NCBI GenBank assembly: GCA_011523305.1
Contig: WTHB01000152.1
Span: 100,270-164,269 of the forward strand
Reading direction: 5' to 3'
DNA: 64,000 bases
Origin: Planctomycetaceae bacterium
GTDB lineage: Bacteria > Planctomycetota > Planctomycetia > Pirellulales > UBA1268
In this document: one piece after another, positions 57,847 to 64,000 of the stretch
How the letters are laid out: each line of letters opens with the position of its first letter
How positions within the stretch are numbered: the stretch's first letter is position 1
Position numbers and translations under genes: made by a program
Notes under the pieces: generated by a model
Told to the model about the DNA's origin: nothing
Databases searched by the model: none
The model's input: the letters and a program-made list of their open reading frames with translations, nothing else

Positions 57847-59295
57847 ATGAACTGTCTCGCAGATCGGCCAGCAGGCAACTCAGGCCCGCACTTGCTCCGG
57901 ACGGGTTTGGTCTTGGGCATGCTGACCTGCGGCTTTGGGCTCCAGCCCCTCATTTCTGGCCATGCCGCGGATTCCGGTCCGTCTGTTGCTGGCGCGGGCT
58001 GGTCCAGGCCGGGTGAGGACTGGCCAACTTTTTTGGGGCCGACGGCCAATGGTCGGAGCAGCCTGAAAGGCCTCCGACAGCCCTGGCCCGAGACTGGCCC
58101 CAGGCAGTGTTGGCAACTCGCATTAGGAGCAGGCTACTGCAGCCCGGCGGTCGCCAATGGCGTTGTCGTAGTGTTTGATCGGGTCGGCGACGAAAACCGG
58201 CTGCGGTGCCTGACCGCCGAAACGGGCCAGTTGCTCTGGGAACGTCACACACCGACCAGCTACACCGACATGTTCGGCTACGACGGCGGCCCCCGGGCAG
58301 CACCGGTGATTGCCGACCAACGGGTCCTCACCTACGGTGCCGACGGACGGCTTGCCTGCTGGTCCCTGCACGATGGCACTCGGCACTGGCAGATCGACAC
58401 AGCCAGGCGGTATCACGTGGTTCAGAATTTTTTCGGTGTTGCTGCCGCACCGATCGTCTTTTCGCCACCCAATGGCAGAGGTAACACACGGGTGATCGTT
58501 CAGGTTGGCGGCAGCCCTCCCGACATGCTTCCGGACGATCCACAACGGCTCGACCTGGTGAAGGGTCTCGATAGCGGGCTGGTGGCCTTTGACCTGACCT
58601 CTGGTGAGGAGGTCTGGCGCACGGGTGACGAACTCGCCAGCTACAGCACGCCCGTACTCACCATGCTGAACGATCAGCCTCGACTGCTGGCCTGGATGCG
58701 TTCACGATTGCTTCTGGTGGACCCGGTCAGTGGCAGAATTCTTGACAGCGTTCGTTGGCGGGCAGAGGAACTGTTCAGCGTGGTGGCGGCCAGCCCCGTG
58801 GTGCGGGACAATCAGGTACTCCTTTCCGAAACCTATGGCCCTGGCAGCATTCTCCTGGAGATCACCAACGACCGGCTTGAAGAGGTTCGCCGTGATCCAC
58901 CCCGCAGCCGCCCCCGGACAGCACTCCGAGCCCATTGGGCCACACCAGTGCTCGCTGACGGGTCGGTCTATGGCTCCACGGGCCGGAACGCCGGTGACGC
59001 CCTGCTTGCCTGCAGTGATTGGGCCACTGGCACCCTCCACTGGACGCACGCCGGTCTCGGCCGCTCCAGTTGCACCCTTGTTGATGACCATCTGATCGTG
59101 CTCGGTGAATTTGGCGATCTCCTCCTCGCCAAGGCTACGACCGCCGGCTGTGAAATCATCTCCCAGTGTCGGCTCATTGCCCCCACCCAGAACAGTGACT
59201 TGCTGGTTCCTCCCTGCTGGGCTGCACCGGTCATTGCCCACGGGTATCTCTACGTCCGGGGTGCCGGCCGACTGGTCTGTCTTGACCTGCTCTGA
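57847..59295 (+). CDS. PQQ-like beta-propeller repeat protein, secreted
   Basis: Signal peptide present. It has repeated W/G-rich blades (LLWERHT, HWQIDT, EVWRTGD, LHWTH) and ends YLYVRGAGRLVCLDL, typical of BamB/PQQ-like propellers. Confidence 0.8.
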   Translation: MNCLADRPAGNSGPHLLRTGLVLGMLTCGFGLQPLISGHAADSGPSVAGAGWSRPGEDWPTFLGPTANGRSSLKGLRQPWPETGPRQCWQLALGAGYCSPAVANGVVVVFDRVGDENRLRCLTAETGQLLWERHTPTSYTDMFGYDGGPRAAPVIADQRVLTYGADGRLACWSLHDGTRHWQIDTARRYHVVQNFFGVAAAPIVFSPPNGRGNTRVIVQVGGSPPDMLPDDPQRLDLVKGLDSGLVAFDLTSGEEVWRTGDELASYSTPVLTMLNDQPRLLAWMRSRLLLVDPVSGRILDSVRWRAEELFSVVAASPVVRDNQVLLSETYGPGSILLEITNDRLEEVRRDPPRSRPRTALRAHWATPVLADGSVYGSTGRNAGDALLACSDWATGTLHWTHAGLGRSSCTLVDDHLIVLGEFGDLLLAKATTAGCEIISQCRLIAPTQNSDLLVPPCWAAPVIAHGYLYVRGAGRLVCLDLL

Positions 59296-59620
59296 AGTTC
59301 GATAGTCGAGGGCCATCTGATTGCCGCGTAATTTTAGCCATGTCCCGCCTCTCGTTCCTACCACCCGACCGAACATCAACCAACTGGCGGCCACAAGGTA
59401 CCAACTACCTCGTAGTATGAGTTCATTGAGACTCGGCTGAGGCTACCCCCGCGACTTTCTTTGTGTAGCTGCGACTAACGCCAACAGTAACGCTATGAGT
59501 GGCTACTTCCCACGCCAAACGCAATACGGCTGGTGGTTCTCGTTCCACCAACACCGCGACTAACTATCCCGTGATTGCTCTATTTCTGGACCGCCCAGCC
59601 TCGTAGCTATCTTGTCTTCG

Positions 59621-60742
59621 TCAAGCTCCCGCCACATGGCCACTACAAATTGCCTCATAGAGCGCAAGGTGCTTCTTCGCCATATTCTGTTGTGAAAAAG
59701 TTTCGACCGCCCAATGGCGGGCAGTGGCTCGCCGACCTTCGGTAAGCGGATTTTGATCTGTTGCCCGCTCAATTGCGGCACAAGCATCCTCAGTGCTATC
59801 TGGAGTGAAGATTTCAGCGAATGGGCTTTGTGTATTTTTGTTGACTCGCAACGCTTCACAACAGCCACCAACTGGAGTGGACGCGATCACGCACCCCACC
59901 TGCATAGCCTCGACTAGCACGAGGGGCAGACCCTCACTACGCGACGAAGAGACGAAGACATCAACCGCCGACATCAGTGTCACAATGTCATTTCGAAAAC
60001 CAAGAAAATGCACCCGGTCTGGGATCTTGAGATCAACTGCTAATTTCTCCAGCTCAGCTCGTTTCTCGCCTTCCCCTGCAAGCCAGAGATGCCAGTTTTT
60101 TCCTTTCTCCACGCCCTTCGCAACTGCTCGAATAGTCGTGTCAAATCCCTTCACGGAAATCAAACTGCCCACACCGAGCAAATGCCGTGCTGGTGCTGAA
60201 TCATTAACTGCCGCCGCAGCCACAGTGAACATCTCATGAATTCCTGCAACCTGTTCTGCATGGACCTGCGGAGAGGGCAAACCACAGTGTATGACCGAAG
60301 TCTTTGCCCTCGGCAGGCCAACGGCCAAACAGGCATCACGTGCCGCCTCAGAAACACAGACAAGGTGTTCGGTGAGCCAACGGTGTTTCAGTGCATTCAC
60401 TCGGAAGATGGTATGCCGAATACCAATTCTCGGGATACAAAGACCCCAAGCCGCAATGCCACCTTGGGTAATCGCATGGGGATCATTCAGCACGAAGACA
60501 TCTGGCTTGTGGCGACGCACCCAAGACCGAACCTGTCGGCATGCTGGTCGCGAAAGGAAGTGACCCAGCACTTCGAAGTGCCTCAACCCAGGCCGTTGCT
60601 TCGCCCATGATGCCATTGGGCTACCATGCCGCGTGATGAGGGAGCTCTCGACTCCCAACTCTGCAATACTCTCAAGCAAATACGACAAAAGCAGCTCGCC
60701 CCCACCCCAGCCTTTCGCCATACTAAAAAAACAAACGTGCAT
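59621..60742 (-). CDS. Glycosyltransferase family 4 (GT-B, group 1)
   Basis: The C-terminal domain has LGVGSLISVKGFD, LWLAGEGEKR, VFVSSSRSEGLPLVLVEAMQVG (E-x7-E motif region). Confidence 0.85.
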   Translation of the reverse strand: MHVCFFSMAKGWGGGELLLSYLLESIAELGVESSLITRHGSPMASWAKQRPGLRHFEVLGHFLSRPACRQVRSWVRRHKPDVFVLNDPHAITQGGIAAWGLCIPRIGIRHTIFRVNALKHRWLTEHLVCVSEAARDACLAVGLPRAKTSVIHCGLPSPQVHAEQVAGIHEMFTVAAAAVNDSAPARHLLGVGSLISVKGFDTTIRAVAKGVEKGKNWHLWLAGEGEKRAELEKLAVDLKIPDRVHFLGFRNDIVTLMSAVDVFVSSSRSEGLPLVLVEAMQVGCVIASTPVGGCCEALRVNKNTQSPFAEIFTPDSTEDACAAIERATDQNPLTEGRRATARHWAVETFSQQNMAKKHLALYEAICSGHVAGA

Positions 60743-60750
60743 GTCTCCCC

Positions 60751-61572
60751 CTACAACCGCCCGCTAAGGTTAAAACGAGCGTAGACATCGCCGAAGACTT
60801 CGGCAGGCGCTTCGGCAAGTCGTTGCTTTATTGCATGGCCGCGAATCCACTGCGGCAAAACAAACTCAAGCGATTCACCATAACTAAGCTGAAACTCCGG
60901 CTCACCCAGCAGGCAAAGCTGATCGATGCACCGCAACGTACTTTCCAAATATTCTGGTGTAAATTCAAAGGACAACCCAGCAACTGGTCGTGAAAGTCCC
61001 GCGAGAACCTCATCCTCAAAACCTTCGACATCTATTTTTATAAAGACCGGCTGACCAAATCGCTCGATCAAGGAGTCGAGCGTCTGGATCTCGGTCCGTT
61101 GCCGCTCTGTCCAACACTCCGACCCAAAACGTCCCGTCTGCTGAACTGCCTCAACCCACCGTCGGGACAGTGACGACACTGTATGCGCCGTTGAGATATA
61201 CATCTCACCGATTTCAGCCTTCGCTCCAAGTGCTGCGCGAACAAGGTAGAAGTTCGGCGAGCGATGGAACACGCTTGCAAGAAAGTCACTGCAGCGATCC
61301 TGAGGCTCGATGGCAACGACCGCGGCTCCCATCCGGTGAAAGACCTTCGCTCTATTTCCAAGATTCGCACCCACGTCGAAGACAAGGTCTCTCGCTCCAA
61401 CAAATTGACTATAAAAGTCGGCTCGGCGTTGATCTTCATCAGTCCACTGCCGAAATTTGCGGCGATGTCGCCTTGCCGAGAGCGATTCTGCGAGGAACTG
61501 GATAAATTTTATCATCGTGGGGTTCTTATCTACGACAAAGTGTCCACGTGCAGCCATCCGAGCCCTAGTCAC
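60751..61572 (-). CDS. FkbM-family methyltransferase
   Basis: VFDVGANLGNRAKVF (SAM motif I) and FIKIDVEGFEDEVLAGL (FkbM signature). The start is uncertain: 61572, 61557 or 61515. The longest form overlaps the GT6 gene by 8 nt. Confidence 0.8.
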   Translation of the reverse strand: MTRARMAARGHFVVDKNPTMIKFIQFLAESLSARRHRRKFRQWTDEDQRRADFYSQFVGARDLVFDVGANLGNRAKVFHRMGAAVVAIEPQDRCSDFLASVFHRSPNFYLVRAALGAKAEIGEMYISTAHTVSSLSRRWVEAVQQTGRFGSECWTERQRTEIQTLDSLIERFGQPVFIKIDVEGFEDEVLAGLSRPVAGLSFEFTPEYLESTLRCIDQLCLLGEPEFQLSYGESLEFVLPQWIRGHAIKQRLAEAPAEVFGDVYARFNLSGRL

Positions 61573-62299
61573 GAATAGTGGCGTGATCCTTATCGAGAAG
61601 CATCAAGACGCACTCATAGTCAACTCCTTGCCTCGCCCACTCCTCATGGATTTCCGCATGATTCTGGGGCCAGTGAAATGAGGGCGAGAGGACCTTGACC
61701 GGAGGGTTGTCGATCAGATATCGATTCAGAACCGATTCATCATGCCACCGCGGTGTAAGGCCACGGCAGGCATCAGCATCGACCATCTCAACCGCTGTAT
61801 GGGTGAAGTCCCAGAAATCTTCATCCGAAAACCCCCAGAATCCGCCGCCGTAATAAACAGTACCTTCACTCCGGCGAACATAACTTCTCGACCGCCGATT
61901 CTTCTCGTACGTCCCTCTCTTCCCAACATAGCCACAATGTTGCACCGCCGTCCTATCACTCACGACGTCTGAGGCAACCACTTCTTTCATGAAGAGGCTG
62001 TCGACATCGACATAGAAGTGGTAATCACAAGTATGCCGCAGCCTAGTTTCGTATCGATTAAAGAAATGGAACCGATAGAGCGTCGGGTATGGAAAGGGTC
62101 GATGTTCGATGCGGTGGAAACGCAGACAATCCTTTTCGGCAGGCCGCTTAATCAATGCGTTGGCCTCTTCGATGCGGTCCGTGAAAATGCTGATCGACAC
62201 CTGCTCATCACATAAAAAATTATCCCAGATTGACGCAACCAATCCCTCCAGAAACTGAATGTACTTGTTGGTCGCAATGATTAAGACATTTACTCGCAC
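61565..62299 (-). CDS. Glycosyltransferase family 6 (ABO / alpha-1,3-Gal(NAc)-transferase-like)
   Basis: IIATNKYIQFLEGLV...ISIFTD, DYHFYVDVDSLF (DVD at 62000-62008), GTVYYGGGFWGFS, RWHDESVLNRYLIDNPPVKVLSPSFHW and KDHATIR parallel human GTA/GTB motifs (FAIKKYVAFL, VCVDVDMEF, FYYLGGFFGGS, VWHDESHLNKYLL..KVLSPEYLW). GTG start with AGAGAGG upstream. Confidence 0.85.
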   Translation of the reverse strand: MRVNVLIIATNKYIQFLEGLVASIWDNFLCDEQVSISIFTDRIEEANALIKRPAEKDCLRFHRIEHRPFPYPTLYRFHFFNRYETRLRHTCDYHFYVDVDSLFMKEVVASDVVSDRTAVQHCGYVGKRGTYEKNRRSRSYVRRSEGTVYYGGGFWGFSDEDFWDFTHTAVEMVDADACRGLTPRWHDESVLNRYLIDNPPVKVLSPSFHWPQNHAEIHEEWARQGVDYECVLMLLDKDHATIRD

Positions 62300-62335
62300 G
62301 AAATAGCCTCTCTTATTTTCACTGCATCAACGCTA

Positions 62336-63139
62336 CTACGCAACTTGCACTGAGCCCGACTTCTCGACACGCTTCAAGCACGGGCTTTCATTTCCGCAGG
62401 TGCTACCCAGTGAGCCCTGCCTGTCTTCACTCCCACAAACAAAAATAGCATCACATTGCTTAAGTCGGCCTGTCTCGCTGAGGTGTGGGGCGTAAAAGTT
62501 GTGAAGCAAAAATCCATAGCTGCGCATCATGGCGAGAAACTCATCAAACGCTACCTGCTTGTCATAGCATGGCACCGCAATGATTTCAGCGTAGACGAGC
62601 CGTACAGCTTGTCGCCGTAGCATCCGCTCCGCTCCCCGCAATACCAGCGGCTCACAACCTTGCACATCGAGCTTCAGAACGTCGATCGCCTCAATACCCG
62701 TCACCTCACAAAAGGCATCGATTGTTGTTGTCGATACCTGCTCTACCCGCTCCGGCTGCACCAAATGCCCCCAATACTGACTAGCCTCTGCTGCCACCGG
62801 GAGAAGTGAATTCGTTGCGGAGTTGCCATTCACGGAATAGGGCGAGTCTCCTACGCAGTCCGACAGCGCTACCATGTAGGCATGGACGTTCGCGTCTTGT
62901 TTTGCAGTCTGCTCAAGCACTGCGAATGAAGCTGAAAATGGCTCGAAACTATAGATCGACGCTGATGGAAACAGCGCTCTGTATTCACGCACAGTTTCGC
63001 CGTAATGGGCACCGACATCAAAAATTACGCTCGGACCCGCCCCCCCAAGTAACCGCTGCTGTTCCACAAAGGGATTGAGCGGCACTGGCCGCAACTCCAA
63101 TCCCCTGTGCTTATACATCCAACGAATCAACTTTTTCAT
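62336..63139 (-). CDS. FkbM-family methyltransferase (second copy, divergent from the first)
   Basis: IFDVGAHYGETVREY (motif I) and VLKLDVQGCEPLVLRGA (FkbM signature). Confidence 0.8.
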   Translation of the reverse strand: MKKLIRWMYKHRGLELRPVPLNPFVEQQRLLGGAGPSVIFDVGAHYGETVREYRALFPSASIYSFEPFSASFAVLEQTAKQDANVHAYMVALSDCVGDSPYSVNGNSATNSLLPVAAEASQYWGHLVQPERVEQVSTTTIDAFCEVTGIEAIDVLKLDVQGCEPLVLRGAERMLRRQAVRLVYAEIIAVPCYDKQVAFDEFLAMMRSYGFLLHNFYAPHLSETGRLKQCDAIFVCGSEDRQGSLGSTCGNESPCLKRVEKSGSVQVA

Positions 63140-63745
63140 TGCGCGTTGCAGTCCTTAGGGATCGTTCGGTGGATTGCCCGGCTGTGAGATCTCGAGCGAC
63201 CTCGCAACCAATCTGCCCCCGCTCAGAAGAGCCAAAGTGACCACTTCGAGGTTAGCGGCTTGCTGAATAAATGGGCCCGAGGTGTTGAGGAAAGAGTACC
63301 GAAGCAGATTAGCAACCCCCGAAAATTGCATGCAAGAACACTTTCCGGAAGTCTTCCATCATTTCGTCGCTCGTCATCGCCTGAATTCGTATTGTGGCGC
63401 ATGCTCTGGATAAGAAAAATTCCTGGTGGTCTGTTTCCTGCGGGCTCATTCTCACGTCGCCTTCGCATCACTCCCCTGCCGAGCCTCTTTCCTCAAAAAA
63501 GAAACATGAATAGAAGAATGGGTGCTCTAGGGGAGTGCGGCAGCCTCCCGCCCTCAACACTCCTTTGGAAATGCCTTCGGCTGCCTCGTGTTGCCGCCAT
63601 CATCCTCTTCGAGCAAGACAACTTACTGGCCTACGTGCAAATTCAGTCGGATTCCACCGACCGGAAGTGCCTTCATCAAAATTGATGTCACGATCCGATT
63701 CCCAACCACGAAGCCCCTCGCTCGCTCCACGTGTCAGAACATCCA

Positions 63746-64000
63746 ATGAACACTCCTCAGTTCAGCTTCGTGCTCCCAATTTACAATGGGGCGGTTTATC
63801 TCCGTGAAGCCCTCGCCAGCCTACGATGGCAAACGCTACGAAACTGGGAATGCCTCTGCATAAATGACGGATCGACTGATGGCACCGACATTATCCTTGA
63901 AGAGTTTGCAGCGGCTGATGACCGTTTTCGGATCCTGCATCAAGCAAACGCCGGAATAGTTGCTGCACTCAATCGAGGTATCCGTGAAGCTCGTGCTCCA
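63746..64000 (+). CDS. Glycosyltransferase family 2, N-terminal part (runs off the right edge)
   Basis: MNTPQFSFVLPIYNGAVYLREALASLRWQT...CINDGSTDGT...AGIVAALNRGI is the canonical GT2 (GT-A) N-terminus. It is not in the ORF track because it is truncated. Confidence 0.8.
   Translation, partial: MNTPQFSFVLPIYNGAVYLREALASLRWQTLRNWECLCINDGSTDGTDIILEEFAAADDRFRILHQANAGIVAALNRGIREARAP

Noticed and set aside
63140-63745. Short ORFs (82-141 aa) in the 600-nt divergent region of the glycan island
   Set aside because: The ORFs overlap each other on both strands, have no start context or motifs, and have odd composition. The region is more plausibly a promoter/regulatory spacer between divergent operons.

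Overview
This is a gene-dense, GC-rich bacterial chromosomal segment, and I infer a Planctomycetota origin from sequence motifs alone. The lineage hallmarks are a DUF1559/H-X9-DG pseudopilin-like protein with a prepilin N-terminus, a TIGR03067-like lipocalin domain protein, four Cys-type sulfatases and many exported hypothetical proteins. Most of the window is core housekeeping: lptB, lepB, lepA, rseP-dxr, ftsH, lpxI-lpxD, hemB, hisI, cysD-cysNC-mogA, recQ, a sigma-70 factor and an FeS-type photolyase. Three visibly AT-richer accessory patches interrupt it: the pseudopilin pair (about 10.4-12.2 kb), a sulfatase/glycan-utilisation cluster (about 39.3-48.2 kb) and a glycan-biosynthesis island (about 59.3 kb to the right edge). 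I found no CRISPR array, rRNA, tRNA, transposase, integrase or recognisable defence system.

The observations most worth follow-up are:
- A ~120-nt intergenic element is present twice on the coding strand, once between cysD and cysNC and once upstream of a Cys-rich exported protein. It has three hairpins, four fully compensated base-pair changes, and a switch-like alternative pairing.
- The island carries a clear GT6 (ABO/alpha-3-GalT family) glycosyltransferase that keeps a DVD (DXD) motif.
- A FabF-like ketosynthase has its nucleophilic Cys replaced by Asp.
- An F5/8-PDZ-alpha/alpha-toroid protein sits among the sulfatases.

All family calls come from reading motifs by eye. No database search, RNA folding or statistics could be run, and many start codons are uncertain because the ORF track also starts ORFs at GTG and TTG.
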